A stretch of DNA of 64,000 bases from Coriobacteriaceae bacterium. GTDB taxonomy: Bacteria > Actinomycetota > Coriobacteriia > Coriobacteriales > QAMH01. The translations under genes were made by a program, and so were the position numbers. This document shows, piece after piece, positions 25,553-35,778 of the stretch (the first letter of the stretch is position 1; each line of letters opens with the position of its first letter). The stretch is taken from contig DAJPGJ010000001.1 of the NCBI GenBank assembly GCA_025992705.1, forward strand, positions 1,553,270 through 1,617,269, read 5' to 3'. The notes beneath the pieces were generated by a model that made no database searches, was not told the DNA's origin, and worked only from the letters and a program-made list of their open reading frames with translations.

Positions 25553-27229
25553 CTATTCCCACTCCACGGTACTCGGCGGCTTGGACGTGATGTCGTAGAC
25601 CACGCGGTTGATCCCCGGGACCTCGGCCACGATGCGGCTGCTGATCCGCCCGAGCACGTCGTAGGGCAGCTTGGCCCAGTCCGCCGTCATCGCGTCGCTA
25701 CTCTCCACCGCGCGCAGGATGATCGGGCGCGCGTAGGTGCGCTCGTCGCCCATCACGCCGACGCTGCGTATGTCGGGCAGCACCGCGAAGTACTGCCACA
25801 CGGCCCGCTCGATGACGGGCCCGCCGGCGCATCCGCGCTCGACCTCGCCATTTGGCTCGCCGCTCTCCTCGGCGATCATCGCGTTGTACGCGTCGAGCTC
25901 CTCGCGCACGATCGCGTCGGCCTCCTTGAGCATTGCGAGCTTCTCGGGCGTCACGTCGCCGATGATGCGGATCGCCAAGCCCGGCCCCGGGAACGGCTGG
26001 CGCTGCACGATGTGGTCGGGCAGCCCGAGCGCCGTACCCAGCGCGCGCACCTCGTCCTTGAAGAAGTGATCGAGTGGCTCGATGAGCTCGAAGCTCACAC
26101 CGTCCGGGAACGGAATCAGGTTATGGTGGCTCTTGATGGTCGAGGCCTTGCCGCCAGTCTTGCGCGCGCCGCTCTCGATGATGTCGGGATAGATCGTGCC
26201 CTGCGCCAAAAAGCGCACCGGGCGGTCGTCCTCGGCCAGTTCCTCGGCCACGGCGAAGAACTCCTTCCAGAACTGCTCGCCGATGATGCGACGCTTCTGC
26301 TCCGGGTCGGTCACGCCGGCCAGCAGCTGCGCGTAACGGTCCTCGGCGTGCACGTGCACGAAGTCGACGTCGAACTGCTTGGTGAAGACCTCCTCGACCT
26401 GCTCGGGCTCGTCCTTGCGCAGTAGCCCGTGGTTCACGAACACGCAGGTCACCTGGTCACCGATGGCCTTCGAGACGAGCGCCGCCACGACGCTCGAGTC
26501 CACGCCGCCGGAAAGCCCCAGGATCACGCGGCTGTCCCCCACCTGCTCGCGAATCGCCGCGACCGAATCCTCGATGATCGAGTCCATCGTCCAGCTCTTC
26601 TCGAGCCCGCAGATGTCGAAGAGGAAGTTGGCGAGCATCTGGTTGCCGTGAGGCGTGTGGCGCACCTCGGGATGGAACTGCGTCGCGTACAGCCCGCGCT
26701 CGGCATCCTCCATGGACGCAACCGGGCAGATGTCAGTATGCGAGGTGATGACGAAGCCGTCGGGCACCTCGGTCACGGCATCGCGGTGGCTCATCCACAC
26801 GGTCTGCTCGTGCGGCGTGTCCGCGAGCAACCGCGAATCGGAACCCGCGCGCGTGATCTTGGCCGGGCCGTACTCGCCCTTGTCGGTGTGTCCCACCGCG
26901 CCGCCGAGCGCCACGGCCATGGCCTGCTGCCCGTAGCAGAAGCCGAGCACGGGAATCCCCAGCTCGAAGATGGCCGCGTCCACGCTGGGCGCGTCCTCGG
27001 CGTACACGCTTGCCGGACCGCCCGACAGGATGATCGCCGACGGCGCCAGCTCGCGCACCTCGTCGGCCGTGATGTCGCAGGGTACGATTTCGGAGTAAAC
27101 CCCCAGGTCACGAACGCGCCGGGCAATGAGCTGCCCGTACTGCGCTCCAAAATCCAACACGATGACCAATTGCTGTGGGGTTGCGGACGTCGCCACGGTG
27201 CCTCCTCGAAGATGTCGAATGTATCGCAT
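25553..27229 (-). CDS. guaA: GMP synthase (glutamine-hydrolysing)
   Basis: A GATase domain (VLGFCYGQQ), an ATP-PPase SGGVDSS motif and a conserved C-terminus (...PPSTVEWE) are present. An alternative GTG start lies at 27196. The 691-aa tracked ORF is an upstream over-extension. Confidence 0.9.
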   Translation of the reverse strand: MRYIRHLRGGTVATSATPQQLVIVLDFGAQYGQLIARRVRDLGVYSEIVPCDITADEVRELAPSAIILSGGPASVYAEDAPSVDAAIFELGIPVLGFCYGQQAMAVALGGAVGHTDKGEYGPAKITRAGSDSRLLADTPHEQTVWMSHRDAVTEVPDGFVITSHTDICPVASMEDAERGLYATQFHPEVRHTPHGNQMLANFLFDICGLEKSWTMDSIIEDSVAAIREQVGDSRVILGLSGGVDSSVVAALVSKAIGDQVTCVFVNHGLLRKDEPEQVEEVFTKQFDVDFVHVHAEDRYAQLLAGVTDPEQKRRIIGEQFWKEFFAVAEELAEDDRPVRFLAQGTIYPDIIESGARKTGGKASTIKSHHNLIPFPDGVSFELIEPLDHFFKDEVRALGTALGLPDHIVQRQPFPGPGLAIRIIGDVTPEKLAMLKEADAIVREELDAYNAMIAEESGEPNGEVERGCAGGPVIERAVWQYFAVLPDIRSVGVMGDERTYARPIILRAVESSDAMTADWAKLPYDVLGRISSRIVAEVPGINRVVYDITSKPPSTVEWE

Positions 27230-27365
27230 GGATTCTACACCCTCCCCCGCCGTCACCATGTTTCGCGCGCATGAAATGTCGCGACTGCGCCGTCGGTCGG
27301 CCCACCCCCACGTCACCCATGCTACGATGGTCCCGCGCATTTCACCCGCGGCGAAAGGAACCCCC

Positions 27366-27908
27366 ATGCTTGAATCCGAACGCGACCTGCGCGACGAGCA
27401 GGCCCTCGACATCGCCAGAAAGATGCTGGTCGCAGCACGCACGGCCCCCAAGGGCAAGGGCGTCGACATCCTCGAATGCGCCGTCGTCACCGCCGAGCAC
27501 GCCGAGGAGCTCGCCTGTGAGATGGAGGCCATCGCCGAGGAGCGCGGCCACAAGTTCTTCCTGCGCGACGCGGACAACGTCCGCCAAGCCCAAGCCGTCG
27601 TGCTCATCGGCACGCGTCCGCAGCTCATGGGCCTTGACTGCGGACATTGCGGCTACGCCACCTGCGCGGAAAAACCGCAGGCAATCCCCTGCGCGGTCAA
27701 CTGCATCGACGTGGGCATCGCCATCGGGTCGGCCGTATCGCGCGCCGCCGACATGCGCGTCGACAACCGCGTGCTCTTCTCGGCCGGCCTTGCCGCCGAG
27801 CGCCTGGGGCTGCTGGGCGAAGGCGTCGGCCAAGTCTACGCGATTCCCATCTCCATCGGCTCGAAGAGCCCCTTCTTCGACCGCCCGAGCACCCGCCCGC
27901 AGGCATAG
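27366..27908 (+). CDS. DUF2148 (ferredoxin-domain) protein
   Basis: AAERLGLL, MGLDCGHCGYATCAEK and DVGIAIGSAV...RVDNRV are present. The start MLESERDL has an AAAGGAA RBS. Confidence 0.6.
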   Translation: MLESERDLRDEQALDIARKMLVAARTAPKGKGVDILECAVVTAEHAEELACEMEAIAEERGHKFFLRDADNVRQAQAVVLIGTRPQLMGLDCGHCGYATCAEKPQAIPCAVNCIDVGIAIGSAVSRAADMRVDNRVLFSAGLAAERLGLLGEGVGQVYAIPISIGSKSPFFDRPSTRPQA

Positions 27909-27922
27909 GACCACGAAAACGT

Positions 27923-27949
27923 GACAAAAGTGCCCCGGCGACTTTTGTC
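27923..27949 (+). terminator. stem-loop GACAAAAGT[gccccggcg]ACTTTTGTC 15 nt after the stop codon (no U-tract)
   Basis: The stem is a perfect 9 bp. The same element in the same gene-relative orientation lies at 35779..35805. Confidence 0.4.
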
Positions 27950-28328
27950 TGCTGTCAATGGGAGTTATCCACAAATTCTACAATTTTGACCTGCAGAGAG
28001 AATAATTTTATTCACAATTTGAAATAAAAAGGGCCGAATTCTCGCAAAAACGACCTCTCTTTTTCGCGAAATCAAGCGCTTGACCTGCGGATATCAAGTT
28101 TTCCACAAAATTAATTCTTCGAGACAGTAATAATTTCTATCTGTCAACTTATTTTTCAAATTTTTAGTGATACAATCGGTGTGCGGCAAGATTCTAACCA
28201 TGAATGACAAAATGTCAGGAAATGGAAGACTGCTCGACTCCTCCATCTCGCGCTGACAGAGCTTCATTCGATGGTTGTTTTCGAACCCGAAAACGGATGA
28301 GAGTTCTATAAGGAAAGGGGTGAGGAAA

Positions 28329-29939
28329 ATGAGTGAAGAAAAGACGGCACCGGCGGCATCCGGCAAGCAAGCGGCAAAGATGCTCGGATTCGGTGGCTTC
28401 TTCGCCATGACGGCATCGATGGTCATGACCGTGTATGCGTACCCCAACTTCGCATCATCTGGTCTGCATCTGATCTTCTTCCTCATACTGGGTGGTATCT
28501 TCTGGTTCCTCCCGGTCGCACTGGTCGCCGCCGAGATGGCGACTGTCAAAGGATGGGAAGACGGTGGCATCTATGCCTGGGTCGGCAACACCCTCGGCAA
28601 GCGCTGGGGTTTCGCGGCCCTGTTCTACCAATGGTTCCAGATCACGGTCGGCTTCGTAACCATGGCGTTTTTCGTCCTGGCCGCGATTTCGTACATCGTG
28701 GGATGGGACGCGCTCTACAATAATCCGCTCGTCATGTTCATCGGCGTGGCGATTATCGTATGGGTGCTCACGCTCACGCAGCTCGGCGGCACCAAGCTCA
28801 CCGCCCGCATAGCCAAGATCGGCTTCTTCGGCGGCGTGCTGATTCCCGCCGTCGTCCTTCTGATCGGCCTGGTCGCGTACCTGGCCACGGGCGGCGTCTC
28901 ACAGCTGCACTTTGACGCGGGCGGCATCGTCCCCGACTTCACGAAGGTGAGCACGCTGGTCATCTTCGCATCGTTCATCCTCGCCTTCGCGGGCGTCGAG
29001 GCTTCCGCCTCGCACGTGAACGAGCTGAAGAACCCCGGCAAGATCTACCCGATGGTCATGATCGTGCTCTGCATCCTCACCATCGTGCTCGACACGCTGG
29101 GTGGTCTCGCGGTTGCCATGACCATGACCGAGGCGCAGCTCGACGCCAACCTCTCCACCGGCGTCGTCGTGGCGTTCGCCAACATATTCGACGCGCACTT
29201 CCACTGCGGATGGCTCGTGTACGTGATCGCGTTCCTGCTGGCCGCAGGCGTCCTTGCCGAGATCTCTTCCTGGATCGTCGGCCCGTCGCGCGCGCTGCTC
29301 GAGACCGCGAACGAGGGCATCATCCCGCGTAGCTTCGCCAAGACCAACAAGCACGGCGTCTCCGTCAAGACCGTCGTGGTCCAGGGCGTCATCGTCACCA
29401 TCTGGGACGCGGTGCTCTGCGGGTCCATGGCACTGGCGGGTGGCTCGGGCTCGTCGATTTCGTACCTCACGGCAGTCGGCCTGACCGTCGTCATCTACCT
29501 CGTGGGCTACGTCCTGTTCTTCCTCGCCTACTTCAAGCTGGTGTTCAAGGGCAAGGACCACACTCGCGTGTTCCAGATCTTCGGCGGCACCGCGGGCAAG
29601 TGCATCGTCGCCGGCCTCGGTCTCATACTCACAGTCTTCGCGCTGGTCGTGTCGTTCTTCCCGCCGAGCCAGCTCAATGCGTCGTCCGGCACCGTGTACG
29701 TCATCACCCTGCTGATCTGCTGGGTCATCTCGGTGGCGATCCCGTTCGTCATCTACGGCCTGCGCAAGCACTGGAACGGTGGCGTCGACCACAAGCCGCC
29801 CACGATTGCGAGCAAGAAGACCGCAGCGGCCACGGCAACGGCCGCAGACGCGCCGGCTCCCGTCGGCAAGCACTCCGTCCCCTCGCCCGCTGCCGGCACG
29901 CAAGACGCGGCCCCCGCGGACACGCCCCAGAAGGAGTGA
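28329..29939 (+). CDS. gadC: glutamate:GABA antiporter (APC family)
   Basis: It is a 12-TM APC permease sitting directly upstream of glutamate decarboxylase. The start MSEEKT has the RBS GGGGTGAGG. Confidence 0.8.
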   Translation: MSEEKTAPAASGKQAAKMLGFGGFFAMTASMVMTVYAYPNFASSGLHLIFFLILGGIFWFLPVALVAAEMATVKGWEDGGIYAWVGNTLGKRWGFAALFYQWFQITVGFVTMAFFVLAAISYIVGWDALYNNPLVMFIGVAIIVWVLTLTQLGGTKLTARIAKIGFFGGVLIPAVVLLIGLVAYLATGGVSQLHFDAGGIVPDFTKVSTLVIFASFILAFAGVEASASHVNELKNPGKIYPMVMIVLCILTIVLDTLGGLAVAMTMTEAQLDANLSTGVVVAFANIFDAHFHCGWLVYVIAFLLAAGVLAEISSWIVGPSRALLETANEGIIPRSFAKTNKHGVSVKTVVVQGVIVTIWDAVLCGSMALAGGSGSSISYLTAVGLTVVIYLVGYVLFFLAYFKLVFKGKDHTRVFQIFGGTAGKCIVAGLGLILTVFALVVSFFPPSQLNASSGTVYVITLLICWVISVAIPFVIYGLRKHWNGGVDHKPPTIASKKTAAATATAADAPAPVGKHSVPSPAAGTQDAAPADTPQKE

Positions 29940-30039
29940 TGTGTCGACGAACCATACCAAGCACGTAAAGGCACGTAAGTTCGTTCAACGTAGGTACCAA
30001 ATCCGAAGCGATTCGGATAGTGATTAGGAGGAGATTATC

Positions 30040-31485
30040 ATGACTGTTAAAGACATCGACCTCGTTTCGACCGAGGAACTGGCAGAGATGGACGCCCAGA
30101 CCTCATACACGTCCCCGATCTTCGGCAGCTATGCCTCGGACGTCGAGATGCCCGAGACCAAGCTCAACAAGATGCCCATCGAACCGCGTATCGCAAGCGA
30201 GATGATTCGCGAGTACATCGGCACCGAGGGTAACGCCCACCAGAACCTCTGCACCTTCGTCCAGACCTACATGGAGCCCGAGGCTGCGGAGCTGATGAAG
30301 GACACGCTCGAGAAGAACGCCATTGACAAGGACGAATACCCGATGACGGCCGACCTCGAGAACCGCTGCGTGAAGATCATCCAGGACCTGTGGCACGCCG
30401 ATCAGGACGAGCAGCCCATGGGCACCTCGACCGTCGGCTCGTCCGAGGCCTGCATGCTGGGTGGCCTGGCCGCTCTGTTCCGCTGGAAGGCCCTGGCCAA
30501 GAAGGCTGGCATCGACATCTACAGCGATCATCGCCCCAACCTGGTCATCACCTCCGGCTACCAGATCTGCTGGGAGAAGTTCTGCCGCTACTGGGACATC
30601 GAGATGCGTCTGGTCCCCATGGACGCCGAGCACCTGTACATGACCCCGGAGTCGTGCATGCCCTTCGTCGATGACCACACCATCTGCGTCGTCGCCCTGC
30701 TCGGCATCACCTACACCGGCTGCTACGATGACGTCAAGGGCATCGACGCCGCTCTGACCGAGTACAACAAGACGGCCAAGGTGCCTGTCCGCATCCACGT
30801 CGACGGCGCGTCCGGCGCCATGGTCGCCCCGTTCATCGAGCCCGAGCTCGAGTGGGACTTCCGCCTTCCCAACGTCTGGTCCATCTCGACCTCCGGCCAT
30901 AAGTACGGCCTGGTCTACCCGGGCATCGGCTGGGTCATGTGGCGTTCGAAGGAGGCCTTGCCCGAGGACCTGATCTTCTGGGTCAGCTACCTCGGCGGCG
31001 AGGAGGCCACCATGGCCATCAACTTCAGCCGCTCGGCATCGCAGATCATCGGCCAGTACTACGTCTTCATGCGCAATGGCTTCGAGGGCTACAAGGAGAT
31101 CCAGAAGCGCACCCTGGACGTGGCACGTCACCTGGTCGACGAGATCAAGAAGATCGGCATCTTCGTCATGTACGAGGAGGCCTCCGAGGTCCCCATCCTG
31201 TGCTGGAGCCTTGACCCCAAGGCCGGCAAGAAGTGGACGCTGTACGACCTGGACGACCGTCTGCGCATGCATGGCTGGCAGATTCCGGCTTACCCGCTGC
31301 CCGAGAACATGCAGGACGTCACGTGCCAGCGCATCGTGGCTCGCGCGGACCTCTCGATGACCATGGCCGACAAGTTCATCAAGGACATGAAGGCAGAGAT
31401 TAAGAACCTCGACAACGCGAAGGTGATCGGATCGGCCGATACCAATATCGCCCCCAAGAAGTCGTTCGACCACAGCGGCAGGTAA
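30040..31485 (+). CDS. gadB: glutamate decarboxylase (PLP-dependent)
   Basis: NLCTFVQTYMEPEA, DEYPMTADLENRCV and the PLP-lysine motif SGHKYGLVYPGIGWVMWR are present. Confidence 0.9.
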   Translation: MTVKDIDLVSTEELAEMDAQTSYTSPIFGSYASDVEMPETKLNKMPIEPRIASEMIREYIGTEGNAHQNLCTFVQTYMEPEAAELMKDTLEKNAIDKDEYPMTADLENRCVKIIQDLWHADQDEQPMGTSTVGSSEACMLGGLAALFRWKALAKKAGIDIYSDHRPNLVITSGYQICWEKFCRYWDIEMRLVPMDAEHLYMTPESCMPFVDDHTICVVALLGITYTGCYDDVKGIDAALTEYNKTAKVPVRIHVDGASGAMVAPFIEPELEWDFRLPNVWSISTSGHKYGLVYPGIGWVMWRSKEALPEDLIFWVSYLGGEEATMAINFSRSASQIIGQYYVFMRNGFEGYKEIQKRTLDVARHLVDEIKKIGIFVMYEEASEVPILCWSLDPKAGKKWTLYDLDDRLRMHGWQIPAYPLPENMQDVTCQRIVARADLSMTMADKFIKDMKAEIKNLDNAKVIGSADTNIAPKKSFDHSGR

Positions 31486-31575
31486 ACGGACGGCCCTCGG
31501 AAGGGAAACGATATAGTTTTACTTTCCTCCCCCTACTCACGCCCCGCTTAAGCCGCAAAGCAGGGCAACGGCACG

Positions 31576-31617
31576 GTACCGGCTCTCCATTTCGATGGAG
31601 GGCCGGTACTGGTTTAT
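31576..31617 (+). terminator. 15-bp stem with a UUCG loop followed by TGGTTTAT; probable gadB terminator
   Basis: The hairpin is GTACCGGCTCTCCAT-TTCG-ATGGAGGGCCGGTAC, with one G-U pair. Confidence 0.55.
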
Positions 31618-31659
31618 GCGGGACAAATGTGGGACAAGTGGACAGGTCATTTGTCCCGC
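31618..31659. repeat. hairpin GCGGGACAAATG[18 nt]CATTTGTCCCGC, related to one arm of the palindrome at 46165..46239
   Basis: The loop-plus-stem segment TGGGACAAGTGGACAGGTCATTTGTCCC matches 46168..46195 with one mismatch. Confidence 0.7.
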
Positions 31660-31708
31660 TTGCTGCCGGTAACTGCAGCAAATGAGACAACGTCTCTGAG
31701 TAACTGTC

Positions 31709-34700
31709 TCAGCGGGCGGCGTCGACGGCGAGGCGGATGCGGTTCTCGCGGTTGAGCGCCGAGGACTCGGGATCGTAGTCAATGACCGTGATGCGCATGT
31801 TGGCAAAGCGCTCGTGCAGCTCACGCAGGGCCCCGCGGGCGCTCACGTGCCCCTTGAGGCAGCCAAAGCTCAGAAGGTAGATGACGTCGTGGATGCCCTG
31901 CTCGGCGAATGCGGCGAGTTGGTCGAGGTAGCGCACGTCATCGCCCTCGAGAAGCGCGGGGTCGGGCATGACGGGCTCGCATCCGAGCGAATCGAGCACC
32001 TCGACGATGCAATCGTTCATGAAGGGCTCGAACACGATGAGCGGGTTGCCGACGATGCCGATGCGGGGGCGAGGATTCGAGTGAGATTTCTCGACTGCGC
32101 CGCCTTCGGCGGCTTCGCTCGAAATGACAGAGGGAGCCATGCCTTCGGCGGCTCCGCTCGAAATGACAGTGTCCCATGGCACCCAGACGTACTCGGGCGT
32201 GCGACCGCAGGCGCGCTCGACGATACGGGGCACGGCATCGGTCAGGCAGGTCTCGCAGACCTGCGGAAGCTCGACGCGCGTGATACCGGAATCGTCGCGC
32301 AGCATGCGGATGACGCGCGCCGCCATCGCGTTGGCGGTGAAGCACACGTCCTTCACGCAGCTACGCCGCGCGCACTCAAGGTCGTTGGCATCGAGAGGTC
32401 GTTTGGCGAGATCGGCGAGCAGCGAAGCGGATGAGCCGGCCCCGCTGTCATCTCGACCGGAGCGGCCGCCTGGCCGCGCAACGGAGAGATCTCGGGGCGG
32501 AGATTTCTCGACTCCGCTGCCTTCGGCAGCTTCGCTCGAAATGACAGGGGGTGCCGCTTCGTCCGCTTCGGCGGTTCCTCGCATGGCGATGGCCGCGGCA
32601 AGCGTGCGCAGGCGGATGCGGATATGCGCGAGATCGCTGATGTCGTCGACCTTGAGCGTCGTGCACGGCTTGCCCGCCGCGTCGAGCACGTCAGCTGCCT
32701 CCTCGACCGACACCGCCTCGAACCCGCAGCCAAACGACTGCAGAAACACGGCGTCGAGCTGCGGATGGCCGGCGACGAAGCGCGCGATCCCGACGAGCCG
32801 CTTGGCAGGCACCCATGGATACGCGCCATCGAGGTGCGCCTTCGCACGTGATGGGTCGGCCGCCGCGAGACCCGCCACGCCCAGCACCGCAAACCCCAAC
32901 CGGGCGAGCTCGCGGTCAATGCCGTGCAGTAGCGCCTCGTCCATGTGATACGGACGTCCGGCGAGCACGATGCCGTGACGCGACGGATCCTCGGCAAGCC
33001 AGCGCAGGGCACCCTCGGACCGCTCCGCGAGCTCGGCGTTGACCTCCTCCTGGCGCTGCATCGCCATGGAAAACGCCCGGTCGAACTCGCCACGCGTGAT
33101 GGCGGGCACCTCGTCGCCGGCGAGCTCGTTCATGGCGTCGAACAGCCGCTCCATCGAGGCCTCGTCGCGAACGAATCGCGCGGGACGGTAGTTGGCGAGC
33201 TCGGGCGACACGATGGGCGCGAGACCGGCACCGCTTCGGGCCGTCCCGACGTTGGCGGCAAGCGCGCTGGCGTATCCGGTCTGGACCGGGCAATGGTAGT
33301 TGCGCGTGAAGCGCGGCATGAAGACGGCATCGCAGCCGCCCTCGCACAGGCTGAAGTAGCGCACGTGCGACGTCTTGGCCGGATAGCACGCGCTCTCGGA
33401 AGGCACCGTCTCCCACGCCTCGCTCATGCGGTCGGCCTCGCAACCGGGTCGGGGCAGCATGACGCTGAAGCCGAGCTCGACGAGCAACGTGCGCCAGAAG
33501 GGTCGGTACGCGTAGAGCGCCATCGAGTCCATGAGGCCGATGCGCCGCGAACCGCGACTCCCCCGCTGCTCAATGTCGCCAAACGACGCGATCAGGCGCT
33601 GCTCGTCGGCAATGACGTTGGGAGGTGGGACTGGGACAGGGGGAGCCACCTCGTTCGCCTCTCCCCATCGGCGCCGCGGCTCGTCGAGGCCGCGTTCGCA
33701 CTTGTTGTCGCTGACGAAGCAACGCGTCCTCTCGGCATCGAAGCTCACAATCGACAGCTCGCATGCGTTCGCGCAACCCGTGCACGCGACCTTCTCGCGA
33801 CGAATCTCGAGACACCGAAGCTCGTCGAGGCTGATGAGACCGCTTTTCGCCGTCGTATCCGCACCCACCGCGTCGAGCGCGAAAAGCGCGCAGCCAATCG
33901 CTCCCATGAGGTGCGCCTGCGCGGGGCGCACGGCCTCGACGCCGCACAGCAGCTCGAAGGCACGCAGCACGGCGTCCGAGCGGAAGGTTCCGCCCTGGAC
34001 GACCACGCGCTGCCCGGGCTGCGGGATGCGATCGTCACCGATGATGCGATGCAGGGCGTTCTTGACGACGGAGTACGCGACGCCGGCGGCGATGTCCTCG
34101 ATCGGCGCACCGGTTTTCTGCGCGTGCTTGACCCGCGAGTTCATGAAGACCGTACACTTGGTGCCCAGGTCGATGGGATGGCGCGCGAGCAGGGCATCAT
34201 CGGCAAACTGCCACGGCGTCGTCTTGAGCGCGGCGGCCGTGCCCTCGATGAACGCGCCGCATCCGCTCGAGCACGCCTCGTTGAGCGCCGCATCGGTCAC
34301 CATGCCGTGTCGCACCCACAGTGCCTTCATGTCCTGTCCGCCTATGTCGAGCAGGAAGTCGAGGTCATCGCATAGGTGCCGCGCCGAGCGAAGGTGCGCG
34401 GCCGTCTCGACCACCCCCATGTCGACCCCGAATGCGGCGCGCAGCAGCTCCTCGCCGTAACCGGTCGCGCATGCGCGGGCAATCCACGTGCTCGACTTGG
34501 CATGGGGCAGGTACGAAGGCGGCTCGATCTTGCGATACAGCTCGTCGAGCGCCTCGCGCAGCGTCTCGATAAGGTCACCGCGAATGGGCTCGTAGACGCT
34601 GTAGACGATCTGCGCGTCGGCGTTGAGCGCGACGAGCTTGAGGGTCGTCGAACCCGCATCGATGCCGAGGAACAAGGGGCCCGTCGCTTCGTAAATGCCC

Positions 34701-35644
34701 TGACGCTCGAACTCGGCTTGCGCATGCCGCGCGCGAAACGCCGCGAGTTCGTCGGCGTCCTCGAACAGCGGCGGCAGAAATGCGAGGTCGCTCTTGAGCT
34801 CGCCCATGTCGGCGATGCGCCGCTCGAGCTCTGACGTGTTCATGACGACGGGAGCACACCCCAGCGAACGCGTGTCATCCGAGAGCAGCGCTGCGCCCGT
34901 GACGGTGAACAGGTGCGCGTTCTTGGGCTTGACGCCCTCATGCGCCGAAAGCCCGAGCGTCCGACGGAACGCGTGGACGAGATACGGCATGTGCTCGAGC
35001 GGACCGCCCAGGAAGACGACGTTGCCGCGGATGGGGCGCCCGCAGGCCAGCCCCGACAGCGTCTGGCGCACGACGGCGTCGAAAACGCTCGCGGCGATGT
35101 CGGCCTTGCTCGCGCCGGCGTTGAGCAGCGGGCGCACGTCGGTCTGCGCGAACACGGCACAGCGCGAGGCGATCGGATAGCTGCGGCTCGCGCCAAAGGC
35201 CAGCTGGCTCATCTGGCTGCTGCGCATGTCGAGCATGTAGGCGATGGTGTCGATGAATCCGCCGGTTCCACCCGCGCACGTCGCGTTCATGCGCTGCTCG
35301 GGGCGCTCGTCGAGGTAGATGATCTTCGCGTCCTCACCGCCGAGCTCGATGACGACATCGGCGTCTGGCTCGAGGCCGCGCACGGCATGGGTCGTGGCGA
35401 CGACCTCCTGTACGAAGGGAATGCCGAGGACGCGCGCGACCTCGATTGCGGCCGATCCGGTCATGGCGATCGACGCGTCGACGGGGCCGTGGCGCCAGTT
35501 GAAGTCGTGAATTGCCTCGCCCAGCGTGCGCGCGATGTTGGCGCGATGGCGCATGTAGGTGTCGTAGACGACGGCGCCCGACTCATCGAGCACGACGAGC
35601 TTGAGCGTCTTGGAACCGGCGTCGATGCCGATGCGATACGTCAT
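31709..35644 (-). CDS. giant fusion: two BadF/BadG/BcrA/BcrD-type ATPase (activase) domains plus a 2-hydroxyacyl-CoA-dehydratase-related domain
   Basis: There are two copies of the actin-fold start (YRIGIDAGSKTLK; LFLGIDAGSTTLK) and a long C-terminal dehydratase-like region. The start was chosen at MTYRIGID with a GAGG RBS. The ORF is open to 35677. Confidence 0.8.
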   Translation of the reverse strand: MTYRIGIDAGSKTLKLVVLDESGAVVYDTYMRHRANIARTLGEAIHDFNWRHGPVDASIAMTGSAAIEVARVLGIPFVQEVVATTHAVRGLEPDADVVIELGGEDAKIIYLDERPEQRMNATCAGGTGGFIDTIAYMLDMRSSQMSQLAFGASRSYPIASRCAVFAQTDVRPLLNAGASKADIAASVFDAVVRQTLSGLACGRPIRGNVVFLGGPLEHMPYLVHAFRRTLGLSAHEGVKPKNAHLFTVTGAALLSDDTRSLGCAPVVMNTSELERRIADMGELKSDLAFLPPLFEDADELAAFRARHAQAEFERQGIYEATGPLFLGIDAGSTTLKLVALNADAQIVYSVYEPIRGDLIETLREALDELYRKIEPPSYLPHAKSSTWIARACATGYGEELLRAAFGVDMGVVETAAHLRSARHLCDDLDFLLDIGGQDMKALWVRHGMVTDAALNEACSSGCGAFIEGTAAALKTTPWQFADDALLARHPIDLGTKCTVFMNSRVKHAQKTGAPIEDIAAGVAYSVVKNALHRIIGDDRIPQPGQRVVVQGGTFRSDAVLRAFELLCGVEAVRPAQAHLMGAIGCALFALDAVGADTTAKSGLISLDELRCLEIRREKVACTGCANACELSIVSFDAERTRCFVSDNKCERGLDEPRRRWGEANEVAPPVPVPPPNVIADEQRLIASFGDIEQRGSRGSRRIGLMDSMALYAYRPFWRTLLVELGFSVMLPRPGCEADRMSEAWETVPSESACYPAKTSHVRYFSLCEGGCDAVFMPRFTRNYHCPVQTGYASALAANVGTARSGAGLAPIVSPELANYRPARFVRDEASMERLFDAMNELAGDEVPAITRGEFDRAFSMAMQRQEEVNAELAERSEGALRWLAEDPSRHGIVLAGRPYHMDEALLHGIDRELARLGFAVLGVAGLAAADPSRAKAHLDGAYPWVPAKRLVGIARFVAGHPQLDAVFLQSFGCGFEAVSVEEAADVLDAAGKPCTTLKVDDISDLAHIRIRLRTLAAAIAMRGTAEADEAAPPVISSEAAEGSGVEKSPPRDLSVARPGGRSGRDDSGAGSSASLLADLAKRPLDANDLECARRSCVKDVCFTANAMAARVIRMLRDDSGITRVELPQVCETCLTDAVPRIVERACGRTPEYVWVPWDTVISSGAAEGMAPSVISSEAAEGGAVEKSHSNPRPRIGIVGNPLIVFEPFMNDCIVEVLDSLGCEPVMPDPALLEGDDVRYLDQLAAFAEQGIHDVIYLLSFGCLKGHVSARGALRELHERFANMRITVIDYDPESSALNRENRIRLAVDAAR
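32083..32130. repeat. 48-nt palindromic repeat, copy 1 (inside the CDS, in frame)
   Basis: The sequence is GAGATTTCTCGACTGCGCCGCCTTCGGCGGCTTCGCTCGAAATGACAG. On the minus strand it encodes VISSEAAEGGAVEKS. Confidence 0.9.
32141..32169. repeat. half copy of the 48-nt repeat (inside the CDS, in frame)
   Basis: The sequence is GCCTTCGGCGGCTCCGCTCGAAATGACAG. It encodes VISSGAAEG. Confidence 0.85.
32500..32547. repeat. 48-nt palindromic repeat, copy 3 (inside the CDS, in frame)
   Basis: The sequence is GAGATTTCTCGACTCCGCTGCCTTCGGCAGCTTCGCTCGAAATGACAG. It encodes VISSEAAEGSGVEKS. Confidence 0.9.
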
Positions 35645-35666
35645 GGGCGACCTCGGGGCGACGAAT

Positions 35667-35703
35667 GAATGAGACAAATCCAGCCCGGCGGGATTTGTCT
35701 CAT
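35667..35703. repeat. 14-bp-stem hairpin AATGAGACAAATCC[agcccggcg]GGATTTGTCTCATT just upstream of the activase-fusion gene
   Basis: The inverted repeat is perfect. The loop nearly matches that of the 27923 and 35779 hairpins. Confidence 0.8.
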
Positions 35704-35778
35704 TATTATACGAGGCGGGAAATAAGGTGTGAGGGCGAAAATGCAGCCCGATGCCGAGCCGTTGCCTTGGAGCAACCA

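Noticed and set aside
23839-25600. An attL/attR-type direct repeat of the guaA 3' end at the far side of the adjacent AT-rich block.
   Set aside because: Only an 8-mer (CCACTCCA) is shared between the guaA terminus and 23851, which is not above chance. A proper search needs computation.
25553-27628. A 691-aa version of guaA, and likewise 41355..43673 for hydA and 27126..27908 for the DUF2148 gene.
   Set aside because: The upstream extensions have no homology-like motifs. Internal starts with good RBSs coincide with the conserved N-termini.
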